A stretch of DNA of 64,000 nucleotides from Diplonema japonicum (lineage: Eukaryota > Protista > Euglenozoa: Diplonemea). The DNA is taken from positions 124,001 to 188,000 of the forward strand of contig OZ025669.1 of the NCBI GenBank assembly GCA_964019335.1, given 5' to 3'. Numbering within the stretch: the first letter of the stretch is position 1; each line of letters starts with the position of its first letter. A program made the translations under genes and the position numbers. Below the pieces are notes generated by a model. The model worked only from the letters and a program-made list of their open reading frames with translations. It had not been told where the DNA came from and ran no database searches. Below are positions 23,801-32,695 of this stretch, one piece after another.

Positions 23801-24676
23801 CGTGCGCTCAGGGGGGTTCACGTTGCAGGCAGCGGGGATCCCGTTGATGTCGACAGCATTGTTGCAACCGCCCGCACACGGCATGGGGGTGCCGCACATC
23901 CCGTTGCACACGGGGAACGAGATGCCGTCGTCGGAGAGCGCCACCGCGTAGTACAGCGTACCCCACCTGTCGGGGGCTGTCGTGAACTGGATGGTGCCGG
24001 TGCCGCCGTTGCCGGGGTTGCCGCCGTAAGCGCAGACAGGCGGCCCGTCCAAGGGGGGGTTGCAGCGGTCGTTCTGGCGGAAAAAAGCGGTGGGCCCTTG
24101 ATCCCAGAAATCGGAAGAGGACCAGGTAGGGCAGTTGCAAGCACTGCGGATGCATGGGTCGGTGTAGTCGTGAGGTTCGTGCTCTGTCGGGCAAGGGTTG
24201 TTCTCACCGGGGTGGCATCGGTGGTCGTAGTGGGGATGCTCAACACCGACAAGGCCGAACCCCCAGGAGAGGGCCTGCGTGGCGTAGCCGAGGTCGTCAG
24301 CGTTGCAGTCGGACACCTCGCATGCCCAGCGCTGGCCGTGGGGGGCTAGGTCACCGCTGTCTTCAGTTACCGTGACATGGCACTCGTTAGGCTGGCACCC
24401 TCCACTGCCCCAGCCCCTGCAGTAGTCAGGTGGGTTTGGGTTTAAACACTCATCTGGGAACAACTGGCTGTTCTTCTCACCATCAGACGGCCCGCCACTG
24501 CCCCACCCCCCTGGAGGGCCGTCCTTGCGGCAGCTCTCTTCGTTGTTCGGGGTCCACACTGGAGGGTGGTTCCCGACTATCTCGATGCCCCCTATCACTT
24601 GCGAGTGGGTGAGGACACTACCCTTTCGATTGCTGCCAGAGCCTAGGGCATACACTAGCAATGCTAGCGAAAGCAT
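17861..24676 (-). CDS. Giant type-I membrane surface protein, 2271 aa: signal peptide, Cys-rich head, about 15 cadherin/Ig-like repeats, Pro-rich stalk and TM helix
   Basis: N-terminal MLSLALLVYALG. Recurrent VND(A/P/K/Q)P(S/T)F...V.ED and DDGG..NGG.D motifs at roughly 110-130 aa spacing. TM segment WLIITLVLAGLLLLAALLLAAY. Single ORF. Confidence 0.88.
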   Translation of the reverse strand: MLSLALLVYALGSGSNRKGSVLTHSQVIGGIEIVGNHPPVWTPNNEESCRKDGPPGGWGSGGPSDGEKNSQLFPDECLNPNPPDYCRGWGSGGCQPNECHVTVTEDSGDLAPHGQRWACEVSDCNADDLGYATQALSWGFGLVGVEHPHYDHRCHPGENNPCPTEHEPHDYTDPCIRSACNCPTWSSSDFWDQGPTAFFRQNDRCNPPLDGPPVCAYGGNPGNGGTGTIQFTTAPDRWGTLYYAVALSDDGISFPVCNGMCGTPMPCAGGCNNAVDINGIPAACNVNPPERTCKVCKLTILPVNDCPVWDSVGDVTVAEDSTGTACMSSRQPSPPKGDAGDRRQYGVCHNNWATGIGAGGWFEWPYQNTWFDCVADNTLLFEAGYLPRVDGVAKLTNDTCVRTCRQDYCQSRRLMYTLAPDQCGSSTVTCTLHDDGGENDDGCDKSPPVTFEIVVQCVNDQPSFSTTRTNIRVDEDPCRTTGDNLATCHNGQWCEDNWATDIRVGPGNELDTYDFIVSVPPADEVYFTSLPTVDDNGRLCFGLAPHYNTQGRGPIPLTVVLRDSGGTANGGVDTSTAVAVALTIAPVNDVPTFSIPPAVVVKEDSGPHTATSFATDICLGDAAGPLCADFNERAPAAGMQTPTFTLTSTKPGLFLVQPAISPTGTLTFTPAADESGTASVDVTLCDNGTPEECSPPKTFVLTVLAVNDPPVVTIPSNVVVVEECNQPSPCSNGRYHSEPWATLSPGPANEDQSVAVVSVIPDDASLFRPDGQPQITANGGLTFTPAVDAHGTTTVRVVVKDNGGTLNGGGDTTEVTFVITILPENDLPVAIAGPDVVVDEDSGPFTKPAWAVMNPGGGEATSGQTLLAPVCVASSASLFASVPQLSVAGALQFTSAPDANGVSDVTCTVTDSLGASVDLTFKVTVNSVNDPPYYDFTVAMPLGLPECKDPSGTCRVSLPIATNISPGPADEVMQGLRFVVNVPLNARQLFPTRQQPYVDASGTLQVVMLRGAKVDGILPFTLSLIDDAGGDDTFTRDMPVVVATQNNAPSFVVGGDVSVLEDSNKQVFRQWASVFSAGEGEDYTQLTATCTADALIASISLDTTTGDLSVTPLPDLFGTTTAHCTVDDSSPVNCCFQQSFPVTVLPVNDKPTFTPNGSVTVWQDSGAFSEQWVTGVDPGPNEGTQSYVFGTEVVSGAELFVYPPAVDETGILTFEVASGVYGTANVRTRVKDDGGVLHGGVNLGDWVPFTIVVKRRNNAPSFVVGGQDTITVLEDAGRVEIPRWVSGATDGEPDVTQQLSYVITLRSGNPSILEGTPVVQDFSTGDLVFTVAPEKSGRLQYDVYLMDSGDGSLPNVNRSPAVVLTIDVLSVNDAPVFSTQGDVYTYEDEGIVVFPLWARGISPGPQEEAGQALMWEPATVTNSELFDALPSVTLKDGNLSFALAPNKHGVSQVSLCLTDDGGVAHNGIDRTCTVFRITVVAVNDALALLKGSNMTVLQTAGEVLVQGWVSVSLRPTDESTKTITSVQLTVEPPVPGLFTEQPTVNVGNGDLMFAVSRARHGVANVKVNAEDSAGGSYEEWFTITVLPAFIQPSFSPGDKITRVQDSPPYSMGWATNIDSGLPPGDTSTELSFSVVWTAGSNALFSAQPSITKEGVLQFKQAPGAHGEAWFDVSLRRPSDTSFLGTSNVSKLMISFQPVFSPPAFTFNSGVIRQQDTAGVVRLPGQVMVTMLSGEGRGYTCEGGTGLLRSFAIESDGTVVIETIAEKVGNATVGCVLNSTEGVSSVQEVVVEVYKVQTATIEGEGDVVVVEDTGDVTLQGWLRLPTTEVPSLTVTNMQLYEVQPTITKEGHLHFRPVSDAFGTSQLTVTLPGVKPYTFTVEVLSVNDPPSFKASSEVRVVSDIEVQWASDITSGGGGREADQEMQFVVEGLAGQVSVLKVPPVINKDGVLKVVVGDSPRSVTETYTVVLVDNGGRANGGADTSLPFKLQLAIDPPVGLPSFVGVAEVTVPSRTFAVLVASNISALQPSEFSVAPMTPFQSPPILSVTDGILRATLLNTWSAGTVVNLTIRIKDPRGEGSSAVTKLVVGYTVTVYEVLLPDGVSVAQLEEALKEDLGAEWGGMEVVKNEAVAGSTWRRVHITLNGGDQTMLEAFQDPMSRVRGLGVADVHVVSSPLPAPTRVPDGPLPVTFVPITLPPSPSDSSLPPWLIITLVLAGLLLLAALLLAAYKAFTPPPDQRPAELHSPEPEPELNESGTPPSNPLHSVFTPPAAH

Positions 24677-24699
24677 TGGGCTCTCCTCCTATGTGTGGG

Positions 24700-25436
24700 T
24701 GCGGTTTCTTTTTTTTCTTTTTAATGGAACGAAAAGCAAAAGGACTTTCGTGTAAGGGAGGTAGCAGAGAGGGGGAGATGAAAGGAAAAAAAAAAGGAAA
24801 AGAGAAAGAAAAAAAGAGAATGGAAGGGTGATAGTATAAAAAAAAAAAAAAAAAAAAGACGTGTAAGGCGTCTACAACTGGAGGAAGGGAAATCAGGGAT
24901 TTTCGTATTTGAGTTTTTTTTTTTTTTTTTTTTTTTTCTTACAAAAAAAGTATCTTTGAAAAAGAGAAGAGAAAAAAAAAAAGATACATTTTAAATATCC
25001 CCCCGTATGGTTCAGAAGTAGAGTAGAGGAGAGAAAAAGAAATAGAAATAATAATTAAAAAAAAAAAAGTTATTGGGGAGAGAACAGGGAATAAAAAACA
25101 AGGGGAACACGGGCAGGCACTCAAAGATCACTCAAAAAAAAAGGGGGGGCGAGGCGATAAAACACATAACAAATACCATCGTGTGTACTGACTGGGGAAA
25201 AAAAAATAAAAATAAAATTTCGCTTCATTGAACTTGCTAAGGCAGACTTAATCTTTTTTTTTTTTCTTCTTTCCCCCCCCTCATTCAGTTCCCTTTTGAA
25301 AAAAAGGGGACAACTGTGTTTCGTAAAGAGAAAAAAAAAAAAAAGAGAGAGAGAGACTAGTTGGCAGTTGGGCTACCTAACTTCTTTAAGGAACTACCAG
25401 ATTTTTGCACAGAAAACAAACGGGCAGACCACCAAG

Positions 25437-25470
<34 letters not shown>

Positions 25471-28400
25471 AAGGCTTGCGTACTGAGCGACTCCTGCAAA
25501 CGTAGCAAGGCAAGTCATCAAAAAAAAGGGGGGGAACACCTTTACAGGTACCTGAGGGGCTTGCAGATGCAGTATATACACACATAAAAAGAAAAAGCAA
25601 CTAATGTCAGAGATACCAAAAGGGAGAGAAAAAAAATATATATATATGTAGACCAACAAAAATATTTTGATTGTTTTTTTTAACGTCAAGGTTGCCAAGT
25701 TGACTGCGCTCAGCACGAATCATCAAACAACAAAAAAAAAAGGGGGGAGTAAATAAAATAAAATAAAATAAAAAAAAGTCAGTACTTAGCATTTGTTTGT
25801 GCACACAAAGGGGGGGGAAAAAAATAGGAAGTGGGGGGAGGAAAAGCGGACGTGGCTTACAACAAAGAAACATCCCGATAACGGGAGGGGAGTAGAAGAA
25901 GCTAATCACACACATGGGGGTGGCTTGAGCCCACATTATAAAAAGAAATTAAAAAAAAAAAAACCGCAAAACACACGATACGTATTTTCTTTTTTTTTGG
26001 GGGGGTTCTTTGTATTTGTAAAAAAAAAAAAAAAATCCCTTTTTTTTTTTCCTTTCACCGTTTTACGGAAAAGGGTGCGCTAGGTTACACGGACGTACAA
26101 GGGCCACCCCCCCCCAAAAAAAAGGGAGGGGGGAGGGAGGGAAAAAAAAAAAAAAAAAAAAAAAAAAATAAAAAAAAAAACGCCAAGTCATGAAAATGCA
26201 ACAATGAATTTCTTTTCTGAGCCTTTTTTTTTCCCGAAGAAAAATCCTTTTTTTTTTTGTTGAAAAAAAAAAAAAAAAAAAAAAAACCAGAGACCCTCCT
26301 TTCCCCCCTCAACTTAAACAATAAAAAAATACCAGTTTGTAATTAGGGGACACATCAGTGCAAGCTGATGACTTGCGCCTACTAGCCATTCCTCATTCAA
26401 GGAGAATAATCAGCATCACCTCCAAAGACGGTGTTTGTTGGAAGGCGAATTACTGAGAAAGATTTACCTTTTAAATTACCGGTGATATTAATTCTTTTTC
26501 TTCTTCTTCTTTTCTTTTTTTCGAGTTAAAAAAAAAAAAAAAAAAACTCATTTTTTTTTTATAGCAAAAGCACCTTCCGCCGATTCCTTATCAGAGCATC
26601 TCCCCCCTTTTTTTTTCTCTTTTTTTCTTTTTTCTGTTCCCCTCCCCCGCTCCTTTTCAAACAATTTCGTACCGATTTTCTCCGACAAATCAGGTGATTA
26701 TAATACTGTCTGGTGCGAACAGCATAAAGGGGAATGTTGTTGTGTAGTTGGGGAAAAAATTAGGGTGTACAGGGAAATTAAAAAAAAAAAAAAAAAACTG
26801 CTTCAAACACTCGGATTTTTCTTTTTTTGGCTTGGAAGGGTAATGGGGGTGAAAGGGAAAAGATAGCAAAAAGGTGGAGGTTTAAAAAAAAAAAATTAAA
26901 AAAGGGGGCCTTTTGGTCATTTTCTGTTTTTTTTTATTGTTTTTTTTTTTTAGATATTCATTTACCATTCCAAGAGGGGAAAATAATAGGTAAGTGATGG
27001 GAAAGGAAGTGGGGGAGCAAAGAAAAAAAAGAGGAAAATGGGGGTGGGGGGGGGAAATTATGAAAAAAAAACCTGGATTTGAACAAATTTCATGAGTTTT
27101 TTTTTTCCCTTCTTTTTTTGACATAAAAACTCCCTTTAACTATTAGGTTTCTTCGTGCAACGTTCAGCTGGAACTGATACGTTTCACCCCTCCGTTTTTT
27201 TTTCTTTAAAGTTCTTTTAAAGATTTTACCCCCCCCCCAACCCTTCTTTCTCGCCCGAGTAACTACTTTTGTTTTATTTACAAACAAAATCGGAAGAGAA
27301 GAGATAGAGGGGGGAAAAAAAGGGGGGGGGGGAGGGTGAGTACTGTAGAAATAAGTTAGTTTCTTCTTCTTCTTTTTCCCCCCCCCCCTTCTTGAAACTT
27401 GTAATATAACTGCTATAACTTTTGTATTTCTTTTTTCTTAAAAAAAAATAAAGAAAGAATCGTCTGACCATCGAGCTTTGGAGAAAAAAGAGAGAGGGAC
27501 ACAGTAGTGGAAAAATATTGATTGTGGAGAATAAGGATTCACCAAACAAAAAGATTAAGTGTCGAATTAAACTACACAAGAATCTTCATTGTTGATATCT
27601 ACGGCAGAAGATGGAGGACCTTTTTGTTTCTTTTTTAAAAAAACTAGTGTCCTGATTCCTTCTTCCCCCCCCCCCCCCCCCCCCTCTTTCCTCTCCCCTT
27701 TGCCATTCTTTTTACCTGGGTTTTTTTTTCAGGAAAAAAAAAAAAAAACACCAGTGTATTCACACCATTGGATGCAATTCTTTCTTCTTTTTTTTTGTAT
27801 ACTTTTCTTTTTTTTTTATGGTTTCTCTCTCTTTGGGTTCTCCCTCCTTTTTTTTTTTTTTTCCCTCTCCAGGTCTACAGGTTTACCCCTTCTTTTTTTT
27901 TTATTTGCCAGAGGGAGAGAAAGAGAATAAAAAGAAAACTTCTTTTTTTTTGGTTGGATGTGTACGGTGTCCCAGAAAGGTTTCTCTACTTTCTTTCCCA
28001 TGGTCATGCTCGTATTCGTATTCTTTTATTGTTTTTTTTTTTTTTTTTTTTTTCTTTTTATGCAGCCTTCTTTTTTATTCTTTTTTTTATATTCTTTTGC
28101 GATCAGAAGAGGGGAAAAGATAAATAATGAAAGGATGTAAAAAGAGAGATCAAAGTAACAATGTGTTAATAATTCGCAAGAATAAAAAAAAAAAAAGAAA
28201 AAAAAAAAAAAAAAAAAAAAAAAACCTCGATAAAACTTCAGTGTGCAGTGGGCTGCTCACAGCTTTAGAAGAATTTCACACCAGGTCACCTTTCTGGGAT
28301 TGCTGTCCGGTGCCTGCGGTGGCGTGCTAGGTAGAGGGCTTGGCTCGAGGAGAAACAAAAAAAAAATCATGAGGGGGAGGAAGGATGTTAAAAAAAAAAA

Positions 28401-29176
28401 AAAATGCAACCAAGAATTCCACCCCAGCACCAACAAATGTACAAATGTTGCTGCTGGTAGTGCGACCTCAGGCTGAACGTTAGGGGAGGAGGCAAAAAAA
28501 AAAAAGGGAGGGAAATAAAAAACTTCTTTTTTTGTTTATCCCGAAAACCTTTCTTTTTTTTTCACCCCCCCTCTTCTCTGTGCAGAGAGAGGGGGTGTGC
28601 TATTTAATAAAAAAAAGAGAGAGAGAGAACTAAAATAAAAAAATATAAAAGATACCAGTCTCACATTATTTTCTGTTTTTTTTTTTTTTTTTTTTTTTTC
28701 GTGTGAGAAATAAAAATTTTGGTTGGAGGTATGAATACCTCCATTGTTCTTTTTTTTTTTGTTGTGGAAAAGGGGTGTGTTGTTTCATGGGGAATAAAAT
28801 AAAATAAAAATCAAATAAAAAGAAAAGAACTTTTTTTTTTTTTCTGAAAAGAAATCATGGAAGAAAAAAAAAAAATACCAAACAAGGATTACAGCCACAT
28901 AAGTGAAAAAAAATATAATAAAGGCGTGCGTGCGTGGAGGAACAACTAAGAAAAAAGCTCGAAGATGTGGGCAGTAAATGTTCTTAGACTGTCCACCCCT
29001 CCAAAAAAATTAAAGAAGAAAAAAAAAAAAAAAAAAAAACTGTCTGAGCAACACTCAGTAGGCAGTCTCCCGGTGCTATCGAGAGGGCGAACGATGGCTT
29101 AGGAAAAAAAAAAAAAAAAAAAAAATTTTCGTCGTTTTTTTTTTTTTTTTTTTTTTTTTTTTGAAATAGAAACGTT

Positions 29177-29212
<36 letters not shown>

Positions 29213-29414
29213 AGGGGGACTGACCGCTGTGTGTGCACGGGCCAAGGGTGGAAATCTGGAGAAGAGAGTACATAGCCCGTAACACATTGCAATCGTTCCC
29301 TTTTAGTTAGACAAGTCAAAGCATCATTCTTGCAAGAAAAAAAAATGGCCACAGAAGAGGGATAAGAGGGCCAAAGTGAAGACAAAACGGGGGAATCCGA
29401 AATATGACAAAAGT

Positions 29415-29476
<62 letters not shown>

Positions 29477-30746
29477 CCACCTCCTCTTGGTCTAGCCAGA
29501 CCGACTCCACCCAGCTAGGCTGAGTGGAGCCTTCGTGCCCTTGGAAGTGTGTTGAGACGTTCGTGCTTTCGTGTCGGCCTCTTTTAAGTGAGTCTTTCTT
29601 CTCGTTCTTCTTTTCTCCCCCACATCCCCGCTTTCTTTTTTTTTTTTTTTTTTTTGGTAATTATAAAACAAGCCTGCAAGAGAATGATGTCATGATACCT
29701 TGATCCTTTTTTTTTTTTTTCTCCCTTCTTTTTTTAAAATATTTTCTCAAACCCAGCACACCAAAAGGGTGGGAAAAAAAAAAAACAAAAAAAAAAAAGA
29801 GAAAAAAAAAAAGAGAAAATCGTTGAATTATATAGAACAAGGCCTATAAACAAAATACACCTTAATTTCTTTTTTTTTTTAAATTTCTTCGTTCTTTTTT
29901 TTTTTTGTGTGTGATTAAAATCATGAAGTCGTGGGGCGGCACAACACAAGGCTTAAAGTGAAAAAAAACCTTTTTTTTCCCAACCCCTTTCCCACCCATT
30001 CCCCCCTTTTTTTTGCTTCAGTTCTTTTTCCAATAAGAAGAAGAGAGAAACAAAAAAAAAAGGGGGGAAAGAGGTAGAAAATCTGTTTTTCTTTTTGACA
30101 ACAAACAAAAACAAAAATAACAGGTTTCTATCAACTTTAGTCAGAGACCCTTTGCTTGTTGTCTTCTTTTTTTTTTCACCTTTTTTTATTATCGGGGGAA
30201 AAAAAAAAAAATATGGGGAAAGAAAAAAAAAGGGGGGGAAGGAGGTCGGATCACAATAGGCAAGCTATCACGTCTATCCCAAAATGTGACCATCCCCCCC
30301 CTCCCCCTCCCCTTTCTTTTTTTATTTTTTGAAAATATTTTTTTTTTTCTTCTTCTTTTTTCTTCGTTAGTTGTTGTTGATGTTCATTTTGGTGGATTTC
30401 ACGAAATTAGAGAGAAAGAGGGAGTTAATATTTATTTCGTTCTAAGGGGGAAAAGCGTAAAAGCCGAAATGCAAAAAGAGGAACCCCTCTTTCAACTTTA
30501 TTTTATTTCAGATGACCTACTACATAGTGTGCCACAACAGTAGGAAAACACAAAACATGGTTATATAAGTAACAAGTAACGCTGGGGAATAAAAAGGCAA
30601 AAAAAAAAAAAAAAAAAAAAAAGGATAACGCTGGCAATAGGACTAAAAAAAAAAAAAAAAAAAAATCGTAGGAGAAGAAAAAAGAAGAACTTCTTTGAAA
30701 ACTCTTCCCTTTCCTCCCCTCCCCTGAGAATTTGCGCGTTTTCTCT

Positions 30747-30777
<31 letters not shown>

Positions 30778-30914
30778 AAACAAAAAATATTTCTTTTTTT
30801 TTCTTTCTTTCCTTCTCTTTTTATGTTTCTCTTTCTTCGTGTGAATTGTCTGGGAAGGGGGTGGGAGGGGGGGGGGGGGGGGGGGGTTCAACTTTTTTTT
30901 TAAAAAAAAGCTTG

Positions 30915-30949
<35 letters not shown>

Positions 30950-31030
30950 TCGTTCAGTATAAGAGGGGTGTGAGTGTGATGAAATAGAAAAAAAAAAAAA
31001 AGAAACATCTTTTTTTTTTTTTTTTTTTCC
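24700..31030. repeat. 6.3-kb non-coding spacer (possible long 3' UTR) saturated with A/T/G/C homopolymer runs
   Basis: Dozens of runs, up to T55 at 29418-29472. ORFs here are poly-K/F artefacts. Confidence 0.85.
29411..29593 (-). mobile_element. Short poly(A)-tailed retroposon insertion (SINE or 5'-truncated LINE) with 8-bp target-site duplication
   Basis: AAGTGAGT at 29411-29418 and 29586-29593 flanks a ~110-nt body plus an A55 tail on the minus strand. Two adjacent hairpins (29503-29531, 29489-29502) lie just before the tail. Confidence 0.65.
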
Positions 31031-31031
31031 C

Positions 31032-32580
31032 CTAAAAAACACTGAGATCATTCGCAATAGCCTCATCGATGCACCTCAGGAGGTCTTCCGTAAGCTCACT
31101 GCAATTTTCTTTTTCTTTTTATATCAGCATACCCATTGGAAGGCTCAAGGACCTCAAAGTCAGGAACCACTGCAGGCTCGGGGACAATGTCCAAGAGCGA
31201 AGCAGGGGAGTCAGAGAGCCCAGGGGTGAGAGTCCCTGAAGAGCTGGTGTTGAGGTTTAGCTGGAATGTATCGACAATGGACTGTACCTCCTCTGAAGAG
31301 AAGGACAGCGACTGGGTTCTCTTCTGGTGTGTCTCGGGGCTCAGGTGCACGTTGATGTCGTCAACAGAAGGGGTGCTGCTGCTGTCCTGCAGCACCTCGC
31401 TCCTCTCCCACAGCTGCTGGTGGCTGATGACACCTGAGAGCGGGGTCCTCCCACGGTAGTACTTCTTGTCGTGCACCTCATCCCACTTCAGAAGCGCGTT
31501 GTGGCAGTGCGCCAGCTGCGACTTGATCCTGAACATCCTCGTGCAGTCCCCAGCAAGGTTGCTCGCATGGTCGCAGGGGTCCATCACACACAGCGCGTCC
31601 GCCGTGTTCTTCTTCGGCACCACCCTAGCGTGCGCTACCTCAATCGCGTACCGCTGGCTGTCGAACTGCATCCCAAAGTAGTGGCAGAACGCCACAAGGA
31701 GCTCCCCACCACTGTAGTGCAGCGTGTTCTTCGCGACGAAGCCAAGCATGGCAAGCAGGGCGTAGGCAGACAGTCCACCCTTCGACACCTCAAGGTTCCC
31801 TGTTTGAGTCATAATCTGCCTGAGGATGGAGTACACCTCACGCATGTAAGGCGCAAGGGAGAGCCATTTCTTGCAGCAAGCCACGGAGGCCTTAGCGGTC
31901 TGGGACCCCTTGCCCTTGTGGAGGGAGATGTTGGCGAGGACACCGTCGGCGGACTCGATCTGCGTGAAGGCAGAGCTGCCGACGCACATGAGGGACCTGA
32001 TGGAGCCCACTGCCTGGAAGGCCTCCTTGACCTGCTTGGAGGTAAGGTCCCCGCAGTTGTCAATCATAATGTCGACTGCAGAGGTGGAGGCACTGGTGCC
32101 GATGGCGAAGGAGCCGTACACCATGCACTGCGCGTTGGCCCAGCGTAAAGTGGCCAGAAGATCGACAGCCTCACACAGGGTGTGCCTCTTCTTGATCTCG
32201 TCATCAGTGAGGGAGATGAAGGCATGGAAGGCAGCAGCCTCGTCGCACAGCCTCACGACGCTCTTGTCGATGCCCTTGGCGTACCACGGAGTCGACACGA
32301 TCACCTTCTCTGCCGAGGCAGGAAGGTCATTAGCCTTCACACACGTCGCAGGCTTCGTCCTCTGCATCGACTCCTTCTTCACGTACCTGCTTAGCGGGGT
32401 GTTCGCCGTCGGCGGCGGCATCGCCATCTTCTGCTTCGGCCCCACTGCACCAAATGGCGCAGCATTCGGGTTCAGCTTCTGCTTCCTCGCCTCATCAATG
32501 AGGTTGTCAACATCGCTCCCGAAACAGCCCATGTTGGGCTTGAACTCCTCGGCCTTGGGGTTGAGACGTGCGTTCTGCAT
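31032..32580 (-). CDS. Trf4/TENT4-like non-canonical poly(A) polymerase fold with two PAM2 motifs and substituted catalytic Asp residues, about 504 aa; intron 31099-31132
   Basis: YGSFAIG..STSAVDI, GGLSAYAL and LCVMDPCDHASNLA (PAP-associated motif). PAM2-like LNPKAEEFKP and LNPNAAPF. Confidence 0.85.
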
Positions 32581-32695
32581 GTTGTGTAAAGGGGAAAGTA
32601 AGCGGGTAGTTACCTGTTATGATTGTGAAAGGGTGTAAACGTAAACGAAATGGGTGAAGAACCGTTAGGCACGAAGGGTCGGAAGACCTTTCTAT

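Noticed and set aside
26366-26456. Plus-strand box C/D snoRNA (TGATGA...CTGA)
   Set aside because: Antisense to the whole cluster, G-U pairing favours the minus strand, and I recognised no rRNA guide.
24939-31066. Poly-Lys/Phe ORFs in homopolymer regions
   Set aside because: Translations of A/T runs with no coding signal.
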